A stretch of 64,000 nt of DNA from NCBI RefSeq assembly GCF_038871235.1, contig NZ_JAVZIN010000001.1:32001-96000 (forward strand), written 5' to 3'. The position numbers and the translations under genes are program-made. This DNA comes from Candidatus Hadarchaeum sp. Its GTDB lineage: Archaea; Hadarchaeota; Hadarchaeia; Hadarchaeales; Hadarchaeaceae. Of this stretch, positions 50,382 to 58,374 are shown one piece after another (position 1 is the first letter of the stretch; each line of letters opens with the position of its first letter). Under the pieces are notes generated by a model. It did no database searches. It saw only the letters and a program-made list of their open reading frames with translations, and had not been told where the DNA came from.

Positions 50382-51170
50382 TCAGAGCTTTTTGACCAGC
50401 TTGGGGAACTCCTCAAACTTCGCCTGAAGGGATTCAACCGCCTTAAGTATTATCTGGTCCGGTGGCAGTGTTCCCGTTGACTCAACTCTGAAGATGAACT
50501 TGGTCGGGTCACCTGAAACCTTAACCGCCTTGGAGTGACAGGCCTCCGCGCAGGTCTTGCACATGGTACACTGGGTCAAATCCTTAACCCGAACCTTTCT
50601 TTCCTCGATTTCGAGAATGTCCTTTGGACAGGCCTTGACGCAGTCGCCACAGGCATTGCAGAGTTTGGGATCAAACTCAAGCACCGGCATGTACTTGTAA
50701 GCCACGATTCCGGGTTGCCACTTGGCATGTTCCTTACCAAGACCTAGACGAGCGATAGCCACTAGCTCCAGCCTCTGCCCACTCTCCAGCCTCACTATCG
50801 GAATAGAACTATTGACTGGCCTTACTTCCTCATCCGATGGGTTAAGTGAACCGCTGTAAACCATGCCGGGGCCCTCTGCTTTGAGTTCGAGTTCCGCGGA
50901 ACACTTCTCACAACGCCCCTCGCGACAACCGCACTCGCTGGGCAACACATAGCCCTTAGGTGGGGTGGTAAGCGGCACCATGGCGAGTCGGTGGGCAATG
51001 ATCTCGTCGTACATTGCGGAATCATTCACCTTGAACTCCACCTCGTCGACCGCCATGATCGGCACATCGCGCAAGGCTGCTCTACGGACGGAGTTGGCAA
51101 AGGCCGGGGTCGCGTTTGAGAGCATGAACTCCATTTCGTCCCCGTCGAGTTTTCTGATTTCTATCTGCAT
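50382..51170 (-). CDS. rpoD: Archaeal RNA polymerase subunit D (Rpo3) with ferredoxin-like Fe-S domain
   Basis: FANSVRRA, DEIIAHRLAMVPL, GKEHAKWQP and two CxxCxxCxxxC motifs; start moved to ATG 51170. Confidence 0.96.
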   Translation of the reverse strand: MQIEIRKLDGDEMEFMLSNATPAFANSVRRAALRDVPIMAVDEVEFKVNDSAMYDEIIAHRLAMVPLTTPPKGYVLPSECGCREGRCEKCSAELELKAEGPGMVYSGSLNPSDEEVRPVNSSIPIVRLESGQRLELVAIARLGLGKEHAKWQPGIVAYKYMPVLEFDPKLCNACGDCVKACPKDILEIEERKVRVKDLTQCTMCKTCAEACHSKAVKVSGDPTKFIFRVESTGTLPPDQIILKAVESLQAKFEEFPKLVKKL

Positions 51171-51284
51171 ACCGACACCAAAATCGTCCTTCAAGATGTT
51201 GTGTTCAGCTTAAATATTGCTTTCGGTGGGGTTTAAAAACACACACCAGGGCCATGAGACGGTAAATCGGGCCCTGGGTCAAAA

Positions 51285-51383
51285 TGGCGCCCTTCGGCAG
51301 AGCTATTGCTCCTTGGCCGGGATTTGAACCCGGGGCGGAGCCTCGACAGGGCTCCATGTTAGACCGGGCTACACCACCAGGGC
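51285..51383 (-). tRNA. tRNA-Asp(GTC) with a 21-nt intron at 68/69 in the acceptor stem (51293-51313)
   Basis: GAGCC-CTGTCGA-GGCTC arm; BHB excision restores GCCCTGG/CCAGGGC plus G73 and CCA. Confidence 0.9.
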
Positions 51384-51536
51384 CCAAACTCACTAAATAA
51401 TGTCTCGGTTTAAGACGCTTATGTCAGGTAGAGGTCCGCGGAAGTAAATACCCAACCAGCTGGCCCGCGCTCTTTTGGTGCTAAACTCACGAGTAACTCA
51501 CCATATGGTAAACCTTGACAAAAGAACTAAAATCAA

Positions 51537-51660
51537 CGGTTGGCAGCGAACCGGGCTTCCCTTTGGCTTGCGCACAAAAGTACAACCCGATACGCAGGCG
51601 AGCTTGACTTCCGGGATCTGACGAGACCGGGTATTTCCTCGCCGCTATGGCCGCCAACCG
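51537..51660 (-). rRNA. rrf: 5S rRNA, not linked to 16S/23S
   Basis: CGGTTGGCGGCCATAGCGG...CCCGG...GAAGTCAAGC...GTACT...GGGAA...CGCTGCCAACCG with complementary termini, about 124 nt. Confidence 0.92.
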
Positions 51661-51696
51661 AAATTATTGTTGTCCACTCAGTTTTAAAAGCTTGTG

Positions 51697-51833
51697 TGGT
51701 CCCGCGGGGGAGAGTTTCAGCGGCTTAATCCGCGTTTGAACTCCCGACATTTACCGGAATCCTCTAGATTCTGTCGGTTTCAGCGCGGTTTGGGTCTACA
51801 GCCGACCACTCTACCAGGCTGAGTTACCGCGGG
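51697..51833 (-). tRNA. tRNA-Tyr(GTA) with three introns: 37/38 (51779-51795), 43/44 (51751-51772), 59/60 (51714-51734)
   Basis: C1-G72 acceptor stem CCCGCGG/CCGCGGG-A-CCA; removing 17+22+21 nt gives a canonical 77-nt cloverleaf. Confidence 0.9.
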
Positions 51834-51941
51834 ACCGTTTAAGAATCTGGAATCTCCGTTATTAAGGTTTAACCTCTGCACTTACGAGTCTCATCTTCAG
51901 AAAAGATTGGTTTATAAAGTAGTGAGGAGACCTCATAGACG

Positions 51942-52838
51942 ATGTCAACCGAATTGGCCCAAAAAGGAGACGCTGCGCGGCGCAGGTTTTTCAAACCCAT
52001 GATCGCTGTTCTGATGGTCGTCGTGATTCTTCTGGTGACCGCCCCATCGATTGCCCAAGCTAAATCAAAGAGCACTGCTGCGGTAAAAGTTTATCAAGAA
52101 CGTGATGGCGTAACTAGGTTCGAGGAATATACCCCGCTCTCATCCCAACTGGGCGTTCCACCAGGATTTTTCTACAAGGCCAATGTTTACGCTGTTAACT
52201 TCAAGGGAGGAATTGTTTTAATCGATTGCGGCGCCGAGGATCTTTACTCCGATCTCATGGTGGCAATCAACAAAAAGTTACCCAGTAGACCAATTCTAGC
52301 CGTGCTGCTGACGCATGGACATGCCGATCATGCCGGAGCCGGACACTATTTCATAGACGCTGGAATCCCAGTTTACGCGTCCTTCGCGGATTCATATCTG
52401 ATTCAGATGGGGATGAACTTCCCGGGAGTGCCGATCGACTTTACCTATACTGGCTACACGCCGACCCAGCTGCTCTATGGAGGCGAACATCTTTTTGGTC
52501 TAAACGTGATCCCGACTCCCGGGCACACTTATGGATGTCTAAGTTTTCTGGAAGTGGAAACTAAATTACTTTTCAGCGGCGATGTCACGATATCCTATCC
52601 GGGTGACGATGTGGCACCTGAGGACATGACTTTTGAACTCGAATACATGACCTTGCAAGCAACCGATGACACAAGTTTGGAGATGCAGTTGAATTCTCTC
52701 AACTTACTTCTTGAGCTAACGGGCGACAGGCAAGTCAAAGCGATTATGCCGGGCCACAACCAAACTTATTACGGCAAACACGTCGTTGATTACCTTAAGA
52801 ACTCAATTGAAATGGTATCACAAGAGCTGGCCAATTAA
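51942..52838 (+). CDS. Secreted MBL-fold metallo-hydrolase with probable Tat signal
   Basis: RRRFFK, hydrophobic stretch and AQA cleavage site; THGHADH, PGHT, SGD and PGH. Confidence 0.85.
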   Translation: MSTELAQKGDAARRRFFKPMIAVLMVVVILLVTAPSIAQAKSKSTAAVKVYQERDGVTRFEEYTPLSSQLGVPPGFFYKANVYAVNFKGGIVLIDCGAEDLYSDLMVAINKKLPSRPILAVLLTHGHADHAGAGHYFIDAGIPVYASFADSYLIQMGMNFPGVPIDFTYTGYTPTQLLYGGEHLFGLNVIPTPGHTYGCLSFLEVETKLLFSGDVTISYPGDDVAPEDMTFELEYMTLQATDDTSLEMQLNSLNLLLELTGDRQVKAIMPGHNQTYYGKHVVDYLKNSIEMVSQELAN

Positions 52839-52845
52839 TCCTTAG

Positions 52846-53277
52846 TTAGCGCCTGAGTCGCTTGTGCTCGAGCATGATGCAGCGGTCCATGACGACCTCG
52901 AGTCCGGCTTTTTCGGCCATCTCAGCTGCCGCCTCGTTGGCGATGCCCAGTTGCATCCAGACACCCCTGACTTTGCCGTGCCTTCTTCTCAGCTCAACTG
53001 CTTGTGCCACGATTGGAGGAACATCGTCCGATGGCCGGAAGATATCGACCAGCTCTATCTCCTTCTGCAGCTGCTCAGGCACGTCCAAAAGGCTCGGGTA
53101 ACTCCTTTCACCAAGTATCTCCTCGGCCGATGGATTTACCGGAACTATGCGGTAGCCGTGACCCTTCAGGTAGGCTCCAACCTTGTGGCCATATTTTAAG
53201 GGGTCCTTTGACATTCCCACTACTGCGATCACCTTAGCGCTCAAAAGTGACCTTAACTTTTCATCACTTACGGCCAT
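52846..53277 (-). CDS. CoA-binding protein (YccU family)
   Basis: IAVVGMS, PVNP, VDIFRP, WMQLG and DRCI. Confidence 0.92.
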   Translation of the reverse strand: MAVSDEKLRSLLSAKVIAVVGMSKDPLKYGHKVGAYLKGHGYRIVPVNPSAEEILGERSYPSLLDVPEQLQKEIELVDIFRPSDDVPPIVAQAVELRRRHGKVRGVWMQLGIANEAAAEMAEKAGLEVVMDRCIMLEHKRLRR

Positions 53278-53296
53278 TTACCTCGTTACCTCGGAA

Positions 53297-54037
53297 TCAG
53301 GCATACATCTTCTCTGGCTCGGTGGCAGTGGCCTTCTCGTAGTTCTCCGCGATCTCCCTCAGCTTCTCCCGAATCTCATTGGCACCCGCGATCAATTCGG
53401 CGGTGTCAATTTTCAGCCCGTGGGTTCTGTTCAGCGCCTCGATCAGCACCGCGGCACCTTCGGGATCAGGAATGGTAGCCATCGCTGGGGTGAGGATGGC
53501 CGTTCCTTCTATTTTTCTCGTCAGGCATTCGCTGAGTATAGCACCGGCAATTCCGTAGATGATGCCCTTTCGAAGCAGATTGATTCCCCGATCCTTGAAG
53601 TGTTCGCACTTGCCCAGCTCGGTCACGCAGAAGGGCTGGCGATCCGTAGGTAATCCCGGCACCGGTATGCCCTCAAGAACCAGAATTTCTTTGGTGTCAT
53701 GCTTTTCGGCCCAATCGAGAAGTGCCGAAGATATTGAGTAGAGCCCCTCCTCTTTCAGTGGAATCTCGCAGATAACCACACAGAGGTTGTCCTTTTTGCT
53801 CGCGTGGATCCTAAAAGGATGCCTCAACTTTTCCCCAACAAATATCGCCACCGGAGGCAGGTGTTTAGATTTGATATAAGCCACCTCTTCCATTTTCAGC
53901 TTAGTTATTATCTGATCCACGGCAATTGAGCCCACCAAACCAGCTCCGACAAAACCGGCGATAATCAGCGGGTTCTTCAGGCCCAGATCTTTAACCTCTA
54001 CTATCTCAACTTCCGCCGCGTTTGATCCCCTTGTCAT
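53297..54037 (-). CDS. PAC2-family proteasome assembly chaperone (Pba)
   Basis: GFVGAGLVGSIA, PDPEGAA and C-terminal HbYX motif (MYA). Confidence 0.9.
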   Translation of the reverse strand: MTRGSNAAEVEIVEVKDLGLKNPLIIAGFVGAGLVGSIAVDQIITKLKMEEVAYIKSKHLPPVAIFVGEKLRHPFRIHASKKDNLCVVICEIPLKEEGLYSISSALLDWAEKHDTKEILVLEGIPVPGLPTDRQPFCVTELGKCEHFKDRGINLLRKGIIYGIAGAILSECLTRKIEGTAILTPAMATIPDPEGAAVLIEALNRTHGLKIDTAELIAGANEIREKLREIAENYEKATATEPEKMYA

Positions 54038-54083
54038 GGATATCCCAAATCAATTTTCGCCGCCAATATTAAAGGGCCTCAGA

Positions 54084-55193
54084 TCAACCAATGAACTCAT
54101 GAAGCCTGCGGATCGCTTTCAACTTTTCCTCATGCCCGCACTTAGCCGCTTCAATGGCTCCTTCCAGGATCTCGGTTGTTTCTTGGTAGGTCTTCCTGTC
54201 CACAGGAAATGGAACACCGTCCTTACCGCCGTGGGCAAAGGAATATCTAATCGGATCCCGCCAAGACGGGGGTTTTCCGTAGATCAAGGTTGAAACCAGA
54301 GCTAGGGCCCTAATCGCTTTAGGTCCAATTCCGGAGATGGCTATTAACTCCTCATAGTTCTCCGGTTGGATTTCATAGGCGCGCTGCAGGGCGGCGATGG
54401 TCCGCTTGGGCAGCTCGGTGATTCTATGGCTGCGGGGCATCACGAGTCTCATGGTCCGCTCTTCCTTGCCCACAAAATCATCCAATGAGCGCTGCTCGAA
54501 CTCGCGAATTTCGGCCAAAATCCTTTTTGGACCATCGCGTACTAGATCCACGCTTGTCCTCCTTGCCTCCTCACTATCCCGAGCAGTCATATCCAGCGCT
54601 ACCTCCTCGGCACGTTCACCAATTATTCCAGAATGGGGCTCCTCCACAAAGCTTCTCAATCCCTCGGAAAGCCAGTGATATCGCCGCGCAAAGTTTTCGT
54701 TCATCCCCTGCTGAACCACGGCCCAATTTCCGTTCTCATCGACGAAAAAAGCGTGGTGGTAAAGCTGATAACCATCCTGAACGCAGGCGTTGTCCACCTT
54801 TGCGGCCATCCTGCTGGCATATTTGAGCCGCTCCGTCTTTGCCGTGGTGAATGAGAAGATATCCGTCAATCCTTCAATTTCCTGTGGCACCAATTTTGAC
54901 ACTTTTCCCTTGCCACCACAGACAGCTATTCCCAGCTCCTCGGGCATTAGTGCTTCTTTCAGGGCGCCGGTGAGCGTCGTGGTCAGACCTGAGGAGTGGA
55001 AATCAAAACCCACGATACAACCAAGTGACTGGAAGAAGAATGGGTCCGCCATCCTCTGCAAAAATTCCTCCGTGCCGTGTTCCAGCACAATGGCCTCAAC
55101 TATTGCACCCGATAATTTAACCATGCGCCGGAATAGCCAAGGGGGGCAAGCCCCATAATGCAGAGGTAGTTCCGCGGTTCCGGTTCTTTTCAT
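54084..55193 (-). CDS. DUF763-family protein
   Basis: LPLHYG..PPWL, HSSGLTT, KVD...QDGY.LYHH and AHGGKDG. Confidence 0.92.
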   Translation of the reverse strand: MKRTGTAELPLHYGACPPWLFRRMVKLSGAIVEAIVLEHGTEEFLQRMADPFFFQSLGCIVGFDFHSSGLTTTLTGALKEALMPEELGIAVCGGKGKVSKLVPQEIEGLTDIFSFTTAKTERLKYASRMAAKVDNACVQDGYQLYHHAFFVDENGNWAVVQQGMNENFARRYHWLSEGLRSFVEEPHSGIIGERAEEVALDMTARDSEEARRTSVDLVRDGPKRILAEIREFEQRSLDDFVGKEERTMRLVMPRSHRITELPKRTIAALQRAYEIQPENYEELIAISGIGPKAIRALALVSTLIYGKPPSWRDPIRYSFAHGGKDGVPFPVDRKTYQETTEILEGAIEAAKCGHEEKLKAIRRLHEFIG

Positions 55194-55362
55194 TTCAACA
55201 CCCAATCATTTTCATGGGTGGAAACTGCACGCTTTTTCACTATCCTTTATCTTGGTCTGTTTTTTTATTTTCGATGGTGTTTGGGAAAAAGAATGCTGTG
55301 ATTGTCTATAACCTAGTTACAACTAAGGCAAGATAAAAAAACAAAAAAGCAGGGGGGTGGAG

Positions 55363-55578
55363 TCACTTTAACAAATGATATCCCGCCGCCTTTTCTCTCG
55401 CCACGCGCTTGGCAAAGCCTTTCGCGACGAGCTCCATCAGCGCGTTGTTCACCATACCCTTGGGTAGGTGCGCGGTTCGCATCACATCGTCCGCTGTTTT
55501 CAGCACCTCAGGGCTTGTCGCGCCTAGCTTTTTAAGCGCATCGTAGACCTTCTGGGCATTGGGTGTCAATTCGGCCAT
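55363..55578 (-). CDS. Small winged-helix protein
   Basis: 71 aa with GAGGTGA Shine-Dalgarno; KTADDV...KGMVNNALMELVAKG; T-rich tract downstream. Confidence 0.75.
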   Translation of the reverse strand: MAELTPNAQKVYDALKKLGATSPEVLKTADDVMRTAHLPKGMVNNALMELVAKGFAKRVAREKAAGYHLLK

Positions 55579-55678
55579 ATGATCACCTCATTTTCTGCTA
55601 TTCTGTCACCGATTATCTTAAAAACGCTTACTGTTGCGGTCTCCAGTCACAAAAGACGGGTTTTGAATACCACCTCGC

Positions 55679-56530
55679 TCAAAGGGCCTCCCTTATCTTT
55701 AGCGTCATATCTATTGAATGCGAGCGCATTGTCATGTAGCTAGTCGATATTATTTCAACGCCAGTTGCCGCATAATCGGCGATATTTGCAGGAGTTATCC
55801 CCCCAGAGGCTTCCAAGGAGACTCTCTTTCTCAAATCTGCCTTTTCAAGCAACGTGATAGTACGTTTTATCTGGTCCGGTGTCATGTTATCCAGCATCAC
55901 AATATCGGCACCGGCACTCGCCGCTTCCAGCACCTCCTCTGGCGTGGTGATTTCAATCTCGATCTTTCCGAACTTGCCTACCTCCTTAAACTTCTTCACC
56001 GCGGCAGCGATGGAACCCACCAGCTTGAGATGGTTGTCCTTAATGAGAACTTGGTCGCTCAAGTTGAAACGATGAGGATGGCCGCCAGCAATCTCCACTG
56101 CGCGTTTATCAAAATACTTTAACAGTGGGGCCGTTTTCCTCGTCGCCGCGATTATCACCTTGGGATTTTTTTCTCTCGCCAACTCGATCAGCTCACGCGT
56201 TGCCGTGGCTATGCCGCTCATTCTCATCATCAAATTCAGCGCCACTCTTTCGGCGGCCAGTATCTTTCTCGCCGGGCCGTCCAATCTCATGATCACTTCA
56301 TCGGGACGGATGCTCTCTCCATCACGACGCAAAATTTTCACCCTAACGCCAACTTCCCTGAAGACCATCGCGGCCTCCTTCACACCGGCCAGCACCCCGT
56401 CCTGTTTTGAGATAATTTCAGCCTTAGCGCGGAGCTTCGGATCAATCAGAACGTTTGAGGTCACATCTCCGCTTCCTAGGTCCTCGGCCAGCATCTCCCG
56501 GATTTTCTTTCTAAGATAGTTTTCAGTCAC
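55679..56530 (-). CDS. nadC: Quinolinate phosphoribosyltransferase
   Basis: EDLGSGDVT, TRKT, HRFNLSD, IKDNH, MLDN and EASGG. Confidence 0.96.
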   Translation of the reverse strand: MTENYLRKKIREMLAEDLGSGDVTSNVLIDPKLRAKAEIISKQDGVLAGVKEAAMVFREVGVRVKILRRDGESIRPDEVIMRLDGPARKILAAERVALNLMMRMSGIATATRELIELAREKNPKVIIAATRKTAPLLKYFDKRAVEIAGGHPHRFNLSDQVLIKDNHLKLVGSIAAAVKKFKEVGKFGKIEIEITTPEEVLEAASAGADIVMLDNMTPDQIKRTITLLEKADLRKRVSLEASGGITPANIADYAATGVEIISTSYMTMRSHSIDMTLKIREAL

Positions 56531-57455
56531 GGGTAGCCCTCCCTGAGAGCTCCAACATCCTTCCCGTCGCTCGTCGAGCCCTTGCGGCGATGGCCGGCGG
56601 AACTGTCACCACGTGTTTCATATCCCGCAATGACTCGTATAGCTTTTGCAGGTTGTGTTTTTTCATCTGCTGACAGACAGCAGTCCCCAGCGCGGGTATA
56701 AACTCCTTTTCTGGGAACTCCCGCCTGAGGCGCTCCACCATACCTACTTCGGTGGTGATGATGAACCTTTTCGCTGGGGAGGCCTTGGCTCTGATCACCA
56801 TCTGGCTGGTGCTGCACATGTGGCTGGCCAGCTTCTGTACCTCGGGGTCGCATTCAGGGTGAACCAGTACCTCGGCGTCCGGAAACCTCTCCTTTTTGAG
56901 GAGGATGTCAGCGGGAGTGAACATTCTGTGAACATAACAGTAGCCGAAATCTGGTATTGGAATAATCTTCTTGTCAGTTCTCTGCTGAACATACCAGGCC
57001 AAGTTTTTGTCAGGACCAAAAATGATTTCCTCCTCATCGAGAGCATTGACTATCTGAGCCGCGTTAGCTGAGGTGCAGACAACATCGGCCTCGGCGCGAG
57101 TTTCGGCGAGGGTGTTGATGTAAAGAACCACCGCCGCCCCGGGATACTTCAACCTGACCTCGCGGACCGTTTCAGGGGGCAGCTGGGCGGCCATCGGGCA
57201 TCGGGCATCTGGGTCCGGGATCAGAATTGTTTTATCCGGGTTCAGCATCGCCGCGGTCTGGGCCATGAAATCAACTCCGGCAAAGAGCACTACTTTCTCC
57301 TTTACCTTAGCAGAATACCTTGCTAAATCAAGCGAGTCCCCGATGTAGTCCGCAAGTAGCTGTATCTCCTCCCGCTGATAATTGTGGGCGAGGATGATGG
57401 CCTCACGCTCGGCCTTCAGCCTCAAAATTTCGTCACGAAGTTGCTCTTGCTGCAT
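56523..57455 (-). CDS. nadA: Quinolinate synthase
   Basis: AHNYQ, GDS, CPMA, YIN, CTSAN and HPEC. Confidence 0.96.
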   Translation of the reverse strand: MQQEQLRDEILRLKAEREAIILAHNYQREEIQLLADYIGDSLDLARYSAKVKEKVVLFAGVDFMAQTAAMLNPDKTILIPDPDARCPMAAQLPPETVREVRLKYPGAAVVLYINTLAETRAEADVVCTSANAAQIVNALDEEEIIFGPDKNLAWYVQQRTDKKIIPIPDFGYCYVHRMFTPADILLKKERFPDAEVLVHPECDPEVQKLASHMCSTSQMVIRAKASPAKRFIITTEVGMVERLRREFPEKEFIPALGTAVCQQMKKHNLQKLYESLRDMKHVVTVPPAIAARARRATGRMLELSGRATRD

Positions 57456-57492
57456 ACTGACACTAAGAAAACAAGTGGGCAGAGGTTATTAA

Positions 57493-58314
57493 CTATGTGC
57501 CAACTTGAACTGTCTCGCTTAGATTTTTTAAAGTTCGTGCTACTGAAAGTGCTGCCAGATAGCTGGTTCGCGGTGACTCCGGAAAGGGCACATTAAGCGA
57601 CCTAGTCAAGAGTTCGCCTGCCTCGCCGCGGATTCTAATCTCGTGGATATTTCTTTTGATTCGCGGGTCGGCAACAATCCTCACTAATGTTCTATCAAAG
57701 CCGACACCGGCCAAGCTCAAGGTGGCGGCCACGTTGACGCTGGCTGGGAAGAACTTCACAGCCTCACGGGCTGTTCCACTAAAGATCACCTTTGGTCCCC
57801 TGAGTCCGCTTAGCTTTATTCCTTTTCTTTTGAGATATTCGTTATTCTTAAAAGCAGAAGGAGGTTTTCGCGTTGTCAGCCTCACCTCTTTAATTTCCCG
57901 TAGCGACGAAGCCTTTGCTCCGTCAATTCCCACCACGGCGCCGGAGGGGATGTAGATCTTCCTGCCCAAGTTCATGGCTTCGGTTCGCAGACTGTTGAGG
58001 AGGTCCTCACCAGAAAGAGCGCCCACACTAAGGATGATGAGGTCTTTTCCGGACCTGAGGACGTCCAGCGAATATTGTCTGACCGCCTCCTGAGAAGCGG
58101 CCTCGACAACTATGTCGACATCCTCGTCCTCGTAAATTTCGGCAACCCTGCGCAAAATTCTGGGCTTGTTTTTTAAGCCGGAAACCAGCCTCTTGCAGCG
58201 CTCCAGCTTCAAGTCATAGACCCAGCCCAGCTCCACCCCACCTGCTTCACCTGAATCAATCAACTGTGCCAATGCCGCGCCAATTGCGCCACAACCTATC
58301 AGGCCAACCTTCAT
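57493..58314 (-). CDS. nadX: L-aspartate dehydrogenase
   Basis: GCGAIG, EAAS, SGAVVGID, FPASVNVAA and NIHE; in the nad operon. Confidence 0.93.
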   Translation of the reverse strand: MKVGLIGCGAIGAALAQLIDSGEAGGVELGWVYDLKLERCKRLVSGLKNKPRILRRVAEIYEDEDVDIVVEAASQEAVRQYSLDVLRSGKDLIILSVGALSGEDLLNSLRTEAMNLGRKIYIPSGAVVGIDGAKASSLREIKEVRLTTRKPPSAFKNNEYLKRKGIKLSGLRGPKVIFSGTAREAVKFFPASVNVAATLSLAGVGFDRTLVRIVADPRIKRNIHEIRIRGEAGELLTRSLNVPFPESPRTSYLAALSVARTLKNLSETVQVGT

Positions 58315-58374
58315 CTCATCCACCAAAGTTTTGAGCTCATAGGTCATTTTTCCATTGAGGGCATCCTAGTTACT

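Noticed and set aside
51285-51383. tRNA-Asp as a pseudogene or att remnant because of its mismatched acceptor stem
   Set aside because: A strict BHB intron explains the mismatch and restores a perfect stem, G73 and CCA.
51424-51520. Spacer between 5S and tRNA-Asp with complementary ends and an ACCATATGGT palindrome as a separate ncRNA
   Set aside because: There are no convincing C/D or H/ACA boxes and no recognisable family; the evidence is too weak without a covariance search.
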